A stretch of DNA of 64,000 bases from Octopus sinensis (taxonomy: Eukaryota), in assembly GCF_006345805.1 (NCBI RefSeq), contig NC_043012.1, positions 38,750,001 through 38,814,000 on the forward strand, read 5' to 3'. Both the position numbers and the translations under genes were made by a program. Shown piece after piece: positions 52,930 to 64,000 of this stretch. The notes below the pieces were generated by a model. The model ran no database searches. It saw only the letters and a program-made list of their open reading frames with translations, and had not been told where the DNA came from. Within the stretch, counting starts at the first letter, position 1; the number at the start of each line of letters is the position of its first letter.

Positions 52930-55080
52930 TAAACGTGGATCCTATGTTTGTAAAGATCAACTACTCATCAATAAGATGATCTTAGAAGATTGTCACAAAC
53001 GACACAAAAACTTATCAATAGCCTGGATAGACTATAAAAAGGCTTTTGATAGCCTACTACATAGCTGGATTAGGAAATGCCTGGAAATGTATAAGATAGT
53101 ACCTACTCTACGAAACTTTTTGTCTGTAAGTATGAGATCATGGAGAACCACAATAACTTCGAACAGTGACAATGAATATCTAAATGCTGGTGATGTAAGA
53201 ATTTCATGTGGCATTTTCCAGAGTGTTTCACTATCACCACTCCTCTTTTGTTTAGCCTTAATGCCTCTCTCAAAATTGCTCAGTGACGCGCAGTACGGAT
53301 ATAAAATGTTTGATAAAAATATAAGTCATCTCATTTACATGGATGATTTAAAGCTCTTTGCAAAAAATGACCAACAACTCAAGGGCTTAATAGCGATTGT
53401 CAAACAATTCAATGATGACATCAGAATGCAATTCGGCCTCGATAAATGTGCAAAAGCTACCTTTATCAAAAGAAAAATGACAGAAACATCTAACGTTAAC
53501 CTTGACCAGCAGAATGTCATAAAAGAATTAGACCCAGCAGAGAACTACAAGTACCTAGGGGTAATTGAAGGGGACGGAATAAGGCATTCAGAGATGAAGG
53601 AAAGGCTCAGGAGAGAATGTTATCGCAGAGTAAGAGCAATACTCAAGACAGAGCTGAATGCGAGAAACAGGATCGAAGCGATCAATGCATTAGCCATACC
53701 AGTCGTGACTTACAGTTTCAATATCGTTAACTGGTCAATTACTGAAATATATAATCTTGACAATAAAATACGAAAACTGTTGACAATGCATAGAATGCAC
53801 CACCCTAAGGCAGATATAGAACGACTTTATCTGCCAAGAAAAGAGGGAGGCCGTGGACATCTACAACTGGCAATAACAATGAAGATTGCTACAATTGGCA
53901 TAGACACCTACCTGAAAAACTCGGAGAACTGGATATTAAAACTTGTCTCAAAACATGAAAACAAGAAAGCATCATACTCAGTAACAAAACAGGCAAAGGA
54001 ATATCTAAGTGAATTCCGAATAAAACAAATTTCGGAATTAGACATACAAGAAACAAGCAGAGAAAAAGCTAAACGCATGAAAACCCGTGCTAAAACTGCT
54101 GCCTTAGATATTCTGAATGATAAATGGCAAGAAAACCCTCTCTATGAAAAACACCCAAAGAGAGCGAATAATGCAGATGTTGACAAAGCCCTGACACATC
54201 AATGGCTAATGGCCTCTGGCTTAAAATCTGAAACAGAAGGGTTTATCATAGCAGCCCAAGATCAATGCCTACCAACAAGGAACTACCAGGCCAACATATT
54301 AAAGAACGGCAGTAGCCCAATATGTCGTGTATGTCAACAACAAAATGAAACCATTGGTCATGTTGTCTCCAAGTGCAGTCTTCTAGCGCCTGCAGAGTAT
54401 CTCAACAGGCATGATAGAGCTGCACAATATATTCAATGGGTAATCTGCAAAAACCTGGATTTGCCCCATGAAAAATACTGGTGGGAACACAAACCACCTC
54501 CAGTGCATGAAAATGACCACATCTCACTCCTCTGGAACTTCACCATTCAAACTGACAGAAAGATAGATGCAAATAGGCCAGACATCATATTGAAAGACTT
54601 CAAACAAAGAACATGCCTCCTCATTGATATGACTGTCCCAATCGATATAAACGTATCTGTAAAGACCTACCAAGAACTGAGCAAATATAAAGACCTTGAA
54701 ATAGAAATCAGCAAAATGTGGAACCTGAAGACTAAAACAATATCTGTTGTCATAGGTGCCCTGGGAATGATAGCAAAAGGGGCTGATCGCTACCTAACTC
54801 AGATACCAGGAAACCTCAAAATGGCAGAAATTCAAAAGATAGTGCTCATGGGAGCTGCTCATATCCTTCGCAAAATACTTTCTATGTAACCTCAAGTTTT
54901 CAAACAAACATAACTTCCGTTTTTGTTTTAGGCATTCACTAGTACAACACTAAATACAAAACCAAATATATGACACACTACGCATAACAACAACATGGAC
55001 TTCCAACCTGTTTTCTCTTGAGGTCTCTGGGTGAGACTTGGAGCCAACTTGTACAAATATAAAGCAAAAGTCAAACATAC
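52930..55080 (+). mobile_element. 5'-truncated Dong-like LINE, family B, open RT-to-RLE frame
   Basis: Uninterrupted frame from KRGSYVCKDQL to RKILSM (54889) with WIDYKKAFDS, YMDD, CRVC..H..C, RHD, RPDIILKD; GIFQGD altered to GIFQSV; AAT arrays on both sides. Confidence 0.92.
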
Positions 55081-55168
<88 letters not shown>

Positions 55169-55171
55169 GTA

Positions 55172-55732
55172 ACCCTGATGCATGTCCAGGCACTGGGTCT
55201 CATGGCTGCTGATCTCAACTGACTGGAAGGGTTATTAAGTACATTGTTTTGTCTCGGTGTAAAAGATGGTCTACAACAAATATTCTGCTATGTACTGCTT
55301 GTCTGTTGCTTGACCATAACAACTTGAGCATTCCTTTAGTGGCTGACGGTATGTGCATCTCTGATCACAAGCAGAAGTAGTGGGGAAACATCATAGCCAT
55401 GTGTTGAGAGGAATTCTTCGGAGTTTTAATGATTCACTTCTGGAAAATTTAATGTTTCGTTCAACTTCCTCAAACAACCCTTATTCAAGGACGATTTGAG
55501 CGGGAGTGGATACTCAGCCTGAAGAAAATACTAACACTGCCCCATGTGCAGTCATGCACTTTTTATCTTGATATGAGATCATCATGTCACACACATATGG
55601 TTGTGATGCATGTGCCTGGTGTACCCTTATCAGACGGGTACTCGGTGTACCCTTATCAGTCATAATGGGTGTACTGGGCTTCGTATATTTTACCCCAGTG
55701 TCACTTTGATGGCATGCACTGCTCTCTCATTC
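55172..55732 (+). mobile_element. ~555 bp (TAA)n-embedded element, copy 6 (most diverged)
   Basis: Same termini; short internal duplication of GTGTACCCTTATCAG near 55620-55660. Confidence 0.8.
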
Positions 55733-56659
55733 AATAATAATTCAATGATGATGATGATAAAGACGCGGATAGAGTGTAGAGGAAAAACATTAAATAACAT
55801 CGCCGCAGTATTTCTAAAACTTTATTTTTTCGACCTCGAAAAAACTGAAAACGTATACTGCAGTCCATTCAGTCAATCCTTTGCTCTTGATATTCTCTGA
55901 GATTGACCCAAGGCCAGCCATTCTGACTACCGGAGACAATCTATTATATCGATCCCGGTATTTGAATAAACGTATATTTCATTCAATATTCTTCCAACCA
56001 AGACGAAAAGTGGATTTAACTTTGATGATACTTGAACTCAGAACGCAAAGATTGGTATCAAATATCGCGATGCATTAAGGATTCTGTCAATCAGAAGAGA
56101 AAGTAGGAAGAGAAGAGGAAGAGAGGAGGAGGAAGCAGGGGAAGAAGAAGGACGTGTGATGTAGGATGGTGACATGAAGAAGGCGGTCAACAAAGCGGAT
56201 AAGTCTATGAGTGGAACAGTAACCCATTTTCATGATTTGTCTATATTTGGAACAGATTCTATCATGGGTCAGTGATCTTTGGTCCTCCAAACTGGACAAT
56301 GAACTATGTCCTTCACTTTAGGTAGTTAATGTCGCTATTATTTCTGCCATGACGTATGACCGCATTTAGATGCCGTTATTGGTAGATTTTGGGGGGGGAT
56401 TAATTTTATTGAATTTATAGACCAGTTCAGATATCGACGTATCGATCTGTATATCACAAAGCAAGAATTTGGTTAGAGAAGGACAAAATGGCAGTCTCAG
56501 ATTTGTCTATGATTACACATATCATTGTTAATTAGTGTAGCTTATCATTGATAATTAAGAACGACTGTTCAAATTATGAAAGCTTTTAAAAGTATTTCAA
56601 GTCTGAGAATTGTTATAGTTAAGTAGGTCAAGCATAAAACATACGATTTATTGATTGCA

Positions 56660-56990
56660 ATATGTTATTCAGTTGTCGATGTTGCTGTTGTTGTTGTTGC
56701 TGCTGCCAAATGGTTTTGTAAATGCTGTTATTATTTTTAGTTTCGTTGATGTTTCTGATGTTGTAATTCTTGCAGTTGTTGATTTTAGTGATGTCGTTAA
56801 TTTTACTCTTTTTGTTGTTGATGTCGACGTTGTTGTTGTTACATTTGCTGTTATTGTTGTTTTACTTCTGTTATTATTATTATTATTATTATTGTTATTG
56901 TTGTTACTAATGCTATCTTCTTCTTCTTCTTCTTCTTCTTCTTCTTCTTCTTCTTCTTCTTCTTCTTCTTCTTCTTCTTCTTCTTCCAAT
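56660..56990 (+). repeat. (GTT)/(ATT)/(CTT)n compound microsatellite
   Basis: Seen directly. Confidence 0.85.
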
Positions 56991-57259
56991 CAGGACTCAA
57001 GCCATTAACCACAAAGAATAATCTCTAATTCGAGCCTACTCTAAGCTACTAAGAATGCAAGTGGCAACTTGAAGATGCACCCACCAGACGCAATAGACTG
57101 GCGGTTGCACGGGCGCGGAAGCTACGTTGTTGTCTTCATTCCGTAAACGATGACTTTTAACGGGTGGAGAGCTGAACCATCCTGGGGTACAGAGGATTCG
57201 CAATCAAGAAAAGGGTCTGAAAGTTTACCACACCATATTGGGTTACACCGTGGTTCTTC

Positions 57260-57433
57260 AGTTTGTTGTGGTGAAAGAGTACAGCGGGGTTCACCACCTC
57301 TCCCCGCCGGAGCCTCGTGGAGCTTAGGTATTTTTGCTCAATAAACACTCCTCACAATGCCCGGTCTAGGAATTGAAACCGTGTTCTTATGACCGCGAGT
57401 CCGCTACCCTAACCACTGGGCCATTGCGCCTCC
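57260..57433 (-). mobile_element. tRNA-derived SINE (family 1), 5' half
   Basis: Near-identical to 16225-16392 including A and B boxes. Confidence 0.8.
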
Positions 57434-57559
57434 ACCACAGTTGTTGTTGTCTTCATTGTCGACGTTCCTGCTGCTGCTGTTGTTTTTTTATTGCCATTAT
57501 TGTTGGGGTTGTTCTTGTTGATGGTTGCGGTTGAATTTGTTGAAAATATCGCCTTTTTC

Positions 57560-57690
57560 AAGGCGGTGAGCTGGCAGAATCGTTAGTCAAATTTCAGGCA
57601 TTCTGCCTTTAGTGGAGCGGATATGAAAATTTCTTTTAAGGCTGAGAGCTGGCAGAAACGTTAGCAGGCCGAGCAAAATGCTTGGCTGAC
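57560..57690 (+). mobile_element. Two family 2 SINE heads
   Basis: AAGGCGGTGAGCTGGCAGAATCGTTAG and GAGAGCTGGCAGAAACGTTAGCAGGCCGAGC. Confidence 0.6.
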
Positions 57691-58600
57691 CTAGAACAAA
57701 ACTTTCAAAGTGACATTAACGTTCTTATTCCTGTTATTGTTATATTTTTTATTATTCAGGAACGTTTATTTCATTCACAGTGCCAACAGACAAGACACAG
57801 TTTCACCGCATACGATGCCTGTTATAGCAGCTAAATCTTTCTCAAATCACACACTACCTTCTTAAAATAATAGCACAGACGACAATATGAATCGAGTAAA
57901 GCAATGCAAATGGCGTCAGAATAGTAATGGTTCAAAGATCTACTCCCATAAACCTGCTGTAAATTGGATGACCTAGGGCTAATTACACCAAAAACATAAT
58001 AACATACAATTGTTAGTAATTTATTAGTTGTGCTGTCTTGGATAAGGCTAAGATGACCATCGCCGCAGAGTATTACACCATTGATATTTTCCATCAGGGA
58101 AATGACCCGGTGTTGAATCCATTACCAACTCAAACAACCACAAACTGCAAGATCAACAACATTTGCAATGATTGTGTTGATGTTTCCGGTCAATTAGTTA
58201 ATACTAGTGCCAATATATGAACTGTGACGTTTCTATATAAGAAACAAAAAACAACATACGACATGATCAAGTCCACCATAAAATATTTGCTGTCTCATTT
58301 ATTGGGATCTCATAATGTTCAGTCGACCGGGGAAACATTTACTCAAATAATGGCGGTCTTCTATATTATTTTCCAATCTGGATTAGATTCAGCTCCCGGA
58401 TAAACAAAATGGTTACTGCGAATAGTTTTTGCATTTATTTATTTATTTTCTTTGTTTTTTTGTTTTATATCTTATTGGTGATACGGGGATGGTGACGTTG
58501 GTGGTGTTGCTGTTGCTGTTGGCGTAAGAGCAGGTGGTGAGCATTTGAAATTTTGATTTGTCTTGTAAGGAGATGTTACATGTTCGGTGCGCCTTTGAAC

Positions 58601-58652
<52 letters not shown>

Positions 58653-58783
58653 TGTGTGTGTGTATATATATATATAGAGAGAGAGAGAGATGGATAGATA
58701 TAATCATATTTATGTATATGTATGTGTATATATATATATGTATATACATGTATACATATATGTATCTATATAATGTATTGGCA

Positions 58784-58816
<33 letters not shown>

Positions 58817-59228
58817 ATATATATATTTATATGTATGTATATGTATGTCTATGCCTATGAATATGTATATATCCATAAGTGTACATGTATGTATATGTAT
58901 GTGTATATACATATGTATATATATACATGTGTGTATATGTATCTATATACAAATACATAAATCTACACACACACAGACACACACACACATAGATATGAGT
59001 GTATGTGTGTGTGTGTGAATGAGTATCCATACAGCCTCTGCATTTATACTGGTGACTTCCGCATCATCCGCAGGATTGGGTATGAGTAACGTGGCACTTT
59101 ACTTAACAGTGTGCAACCCTGTGATGAGATCTTTTAAAATAACATGTAATTAAGTAGCGGGGAAAACAAAACTCATTTAAAATGTGTGCGTATTTAGTGC
59201 GTGTGCATATGTATGATTTGCATGTGTG

Positions 59229-59267
<39 letters not shown>

Positions 59268-59724
59268 TTGTGTGTATGTGTCTCAGTTTATGTATAATGA
59301 TAGTGCAAATGTATATCTTATGGGAAATACAGTAAATTGATCAGATAATTGAAGTGGAATGGTGGAAGATACGCTCCACTTTGCGTTGGAGCGTGGTTTT
59401 ATGTGAGCGTGCTTCGGTGTATATATATGTTTGTCATAGTGTGCGTGTATTTGTGTACGTTTAGGAGAGTTGCTGAGGGTTGTGTTTCTGTGTTTCTATG
59501 GATGTGTAGCTACGTGTGTTTTAGGTCTTCTGTGTTAACATTTACGTATCAGGTTATACGTACATATATAGATGTGTGTGTGCGTGTATGTGTATTTATA
59601 TATGTGTGCATTCTTTGTGCACACATACAAATGCATACGTACATTTATGCATTTATGCATTTGTATACGTGTTTTAGCTTGTGTTTGCACGTACATATGT
59701 ATGGGCACATATATATATATATAT

Positions 59725-59759
<35 letters not shown>

Positions 59760-60032
59760 GTATAAATATTTGCATGTCTAAATATTTGTATATATATATT
59801 TGTACATATATATGTATATATATGTATATATGTATGTGTATATATATATATATACATATATATATACATATATATACATATATATATATATTATATATAT
59901 GTATATATATATGTATATATATATGTATATATATATATGTATATATATACATATATATGTATATATACATATACATACATACATATATATATATTTGTAT
60001 GCATACACACACATATGTATATGACTACGTGC

Positions 60033-60065
<33 letters not shown>

Positions 60066-60768
60066 AGTGTGTGTGTGTGTGTGTACATACATGTCTTTGT
60101 TCGTGTGCGCTTCATTATATATGTGTATATATTGGTACGTGTATGTATGTTTTTCTGTTTACATATGCACGAATTTCGAAAGAGAGAGAAAGAGAGAGAA
60201 TTAGAACAAAGCAAAGATAAAAATGTAAAAGGAAAAAGAAACCATGAAGGCGAATACACACATGCACCCATTAGCACACACACTGCACTTACTCAGTCGT
60301 GCAGAACGCAAACATCCACACACACACTCAGCCATATACACCATATCACACTCACACATATAATACGAGTGTGCCGCTCATCACAAGTGTTATTGACAAA
60401 CGCTATTGGACACAGAGCAGATACAACACCATCAAAGGAATGACAGAACAAATTCTGTGATGATAATGAAACAGCTACGTCTATATAACGCTGAGATGAA
60501 CAGAAAATATTCAACGTAATTTAAAAGTATTGTGTGATAGATTTAAAATTGTGAAACCACCTCAGAAGGAAGTTCAAGGGAAAAAATGTGGAAATGGGTT
60601 GATGGAAAACTGGTAGGTTATTCATTGCTGCTGTTGTTGGTTGTGGTGGTGGTAATCTTTTTTTTCTTTCCATTTGTTTTCCGTTAATGATTTTTAACAC
60701 AATATTCCTAATAGAATGGGACTCAATGGATGATGTTCAAAATGTGTGTGTATATATACATACATATC

Positions 60769-60860
<92 letters not shown>

Positions 60861-60890
60861 AATATTCATATATATACATATACACACACT

Positions 60891-60936
<46 letters not shown>

Positions 60937-61689
60937 CATTGTGGTTATTCATGAGTAAATTCATTTTAATTTGGCAGTCATATCGGAGAAAATAGCTCTG
61001 TCATGTTAACTCACGATTATTTAGATCCTGAGTTCAAATCTAGTCGATGTCAACAGTATCTTCCAATCTTCTCAAATTCTGGGGTTCTTATAATGCAGTG
61101 CCACCTTTAGCCATATTTCTCTATTTGCAGAATCATAATTTAACAGCGAGAACTGAAACCAGGCTAGATTTAATTATCTTAAAGATTTCGCAAGAGCATA
61201 CAGAACATCGCAAAATTTTCTCAGAAAAAAAGACAAGATGGTCACGTCTGGAAAATAATGATGGTGATTATATTCTAGATTAAAATCAGCAACAGCAAAA
61301 AGCATACAATAACAATAGCAACTACAAAAACAAGCAGTATTCGTCACAATATTGGGAGCAATTTACCACAAACTATGACTGCTTCATATGTAAAAAGATT
61401 TAGAGAGATAGAGAGGGAGGGGAGGGGGAGAGGGAGAGGGAGAGAGAGAGGTAGAAAAGGAGATGAGAAGGTAGAGAAGATATGAGGAGAAATGGGAGTG
61501 GATAGCAAAAGAGGAGATGACTGGAAATGAGATGGCAGTTTAGTTTGGTTTGAGTTGGTTTTGGTTTATTTCATTTGGAACCAGTCTTGCCTACAAGAAA
61601 AAAATCTCATTAAACAATTAAAAGAGGAGAATGCAAACAAGGACAACGGTGATACTAAAAGTAAATATACAATACTGCTACTACAATTG

Positions 61690-61742
<53 letters not shown>

Positions 61743-61744
<2 letters not shown>

Positions 61745-61775
61745 GTGAAAGCACGCTATAAAAATAAAACTACTG
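61743..61775 (+). mobile_element. 33 bp extreme 3' stub of Dong family A
   Basis: AAGTGAAAGCACGCTATAAAAATAAAACTACTG identical to 27552-27584, inside an AAT array. Confidence 0.85.
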
Positions 61776-61830
61776 AATAATAATAATAATAATAATAACA
61801 ATGATAATAAAAATAATAATAATAATAATG

Positions 61831-61880
<50 letters not shown>

Positions 61881-61882
<2 letters not shown>

Positions 61883-62910
61883 CCAAACTGAACAACCCGA
61901 GGGAAGTACGGCAACTATTGTTGCAAAGAAGGTGAAAATGATGGCAATGAAATAAGCGCACGAGCAATTGGCTGATAGGTGGGAGGAGAAACCTCTGCAC
62001 GGCAAATATGTGACCCGCAGCAAACAAGCTGATGTTGACCAGAAGCAAACCCATCAGTGGCTACGGAGCTCAGGGCTAAAAGCATAGAGCGAAGGTTTCA
62101 TCCTGGCTGCTCAAGATCAAACCCTATTAACCCGGAACTACCAGGCCAATGTGATGAAAAATGGAGCAGACCCAAAATGCCGATTCTGCAACGATATGAT
62201 TGAAACAGTGGACCACCTAATCTCTGGATGTAAAGTCTTAGCACCAGTGGAGTATAAATTAAGACATGACAGAGTTGGCCAATATCTCCACTGGCTAATA
62301 AGTCAGCATTACAATATCAAAACTGCCGACAAGTGGTATAATCACCACCCTGAGGCTGTAACTGAAGGAGAAAATGTAACCATTCTGTGGGACTTTCCAG
62401 TACATACAGACCGAACCATCAAGGCCAATAAACCAGATATTGTTGTGAAAGACCAAAACAATAAAGTTTGCTTATTGATCGACATGAGCATCCCCTGTGA
62501 TCATAATATATCAGCGAAAGAGTTTGACAAGCTCAGAAAATATAAAGACCTACTCATTGAAATTGAGAAAATGTGGCATCTCAAGGCGGTTACAATACCA
62601 GTGATCGTAGGAGCACTAGGAATGATCAAGAAGGGAACCGAAAATTATATGAGAATGATCCCTGGCTTACCATCCCTGCAAGAAGTGCAAAAGATTGTCT
62701 TAACTGGCACATCACACGTATTGAGAAGAGCATTGTCGATGTGAGAACTGTTGCTGCTCATGTATTTTAATTTAACTTAAAAAAAATTTTTTTTTTAAAT
62801 GAACGAACTATTGAGTTTGGTTTAATGGCCTACCAATGTATACTATGAGTTTCTTTGCCCTAGGAGTCGGGCAGAAATGGAAGCAAAGTTGAAAGAAGAG
62901 AAAAAAAAAG
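61881..62910 (+). mobile_element. 5'-truncated Dong-like LINE, family C
   Basis: WEEKPLHGKY..HQWLRSSGLKA*SEGFILAAQDQ, CRFC..HLISGC, RHD, KPDIVVKD..LIDMSIP; one in-frame stop; AAT arrays on both sides. Confidence 0.9.
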
Positions 62911-62926
62911 TAATAATAATAATAAT

Positions 62927-62969
<43 letters not shown>

Positions 62970-63342
62970 TAATAATAATAATAATGATAATAATAATAAT
63001 AATAATAACAATAATAATAAAAATAATAATAATAATAATGATAATAATAATAATAATGATGATGATAATGTTAATAATGATAATAACAATAATAATAGTA
63101 ATGATAATAATAAAATAATAATAATGATAATGATAATAATAATAATAATGATAATAATAATAATAATGATAATAATAATAATAATAATAATAATGATAAT
63201 AATAATAATGTTAATAATAATAATAATAAGAATAATAATAATAATAATAATAATAAGAAGAAGAAGAAGAATAATAAGAAGAAGAAGAAGAAGAAGAATA
63301 AATGCCCTGATAATAATAATGATAATAATAATAATAATAATG

Positions 63343-63381
<39 letters not shown>

Positions 63382-63440
63382 TAATAATGATAATAATAAT
63401 AATAATAATGATAATAATGATAATAATAATAATAATAATA

Positions 63441-63480
<40 letters not shown>
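62910..63480 (+). repeat. Long (AAT/GAT/GAA)n array
   Basis: Seen directly, about 570 bp. Confidence 0.95.
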
Positions 63481-63483
<3 letters not shown>

Positions 63484-64000
63484 CTACATACATTGGAAGC
63501 TATGCCAACATTATGGAATAACAACAGAAAAAAGACGGTATAGGCACACACCAGAAAAGGTCACAAAAAACGAGAAAGCAACCATACTCTGGGATATGCC
63601 GATACACACAGATAGAGAAATTAAGGCCAACAGACCAGATATAGTTGTCAGAGATCATGAAGAAAAAAAATGCTTTCTAATTGATGTATCAATACCGGCA
63701 GATGACAACGTGTCTCTAAAAGAAATGGAGAAACTCTCAAAATACAAAGACCTGGAAATAGAGGTAACCAGAATGTGGAATCTAAAAACAGAAAGAATCC
63801 CTATCATAGTAGGTGCATTAGGCATGATAAAAAAATATTCAGACAAATACATAACAAAACACCAGGACTTACAAACACATATAACATACAGAAAATTGCA
63901 CTACTAGGCACTGCACACATCCTACGCAGAACACTTTCCATACAATAACCATCAGAGCATCACAACAATCACAGCACATACCCAAGGCACACAGAGCTGC
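63481..64000 (+). mobile_element. 5'-truncated Dong-like LINE, family A (runs off the window end)
   Basis: TYIHWKLCQHYG..LWDMPIHTDREIKANRPDIVVRD; near-identical to 27020-27540. Confidence 0.92.

Noticed and set aside
52682-54889. 735 aa ORF as a single host protein
   Set aside because: Chimeric: its first ~85 aa come from an older LINE 3' UTR and an AAT array; the rest is a 5'-truncated Dong RT-RLE
57831-61283. Short unique ORFs at 57831-58094, 58038-58220, 60293-60514 and 61047-61283
   Set aside because: No recognisable homology and no consistent pair of splice sites; cannot be supported without RNA data

Overview
AT-rich, microsatellite-dense eukaryotic DNA. The SINE/LINE repertoire and composition suggest a cephalopod, probably Octopus (inference). 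Nearly all ORF-track entries are read-throughs of simple repeats or antisense readings of retroelements. The window is dominated by transposable elements: about ten fragments of R4/Dong-like RLE non-LTR retrotransposons from several subfamilies, all on + and mostly embedded in (TAA)n arrays (one near full length, 23.5-27.6 kb); six copies of a ~555 bp non-coding element that shares those arrays; tRNA-derived SINEs; Tx1/L1-like, CR1 and RTE LINE relics; Penelope-like pieces; mariner and Gypsy relics; and Helentron-like non-autonomous elements. The only host-gene sequence I recognise is a minus-strand exon at 44433-44532 encoding the start of a Ki-67 (MKI67)-like FHA domain, with a possible in-frame upstream exon at 47439-47466. 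Its next exons were not found, and a 100-N gap lies about 400 bp downstream. The most notable non-coding signal is a ~590 bp tandem repeat with an inverted tail (36.26-37.43 kb) carrying an intact minimal type I hammerhead ribozyme with a palindromic loop III, as in Penelope pLTRs and retrozymes. Some local duplications differ mainly by single-base indels and may be long-read assembly artefacts. All alignments and folds were done by eye, and TE boundaries are approximate.
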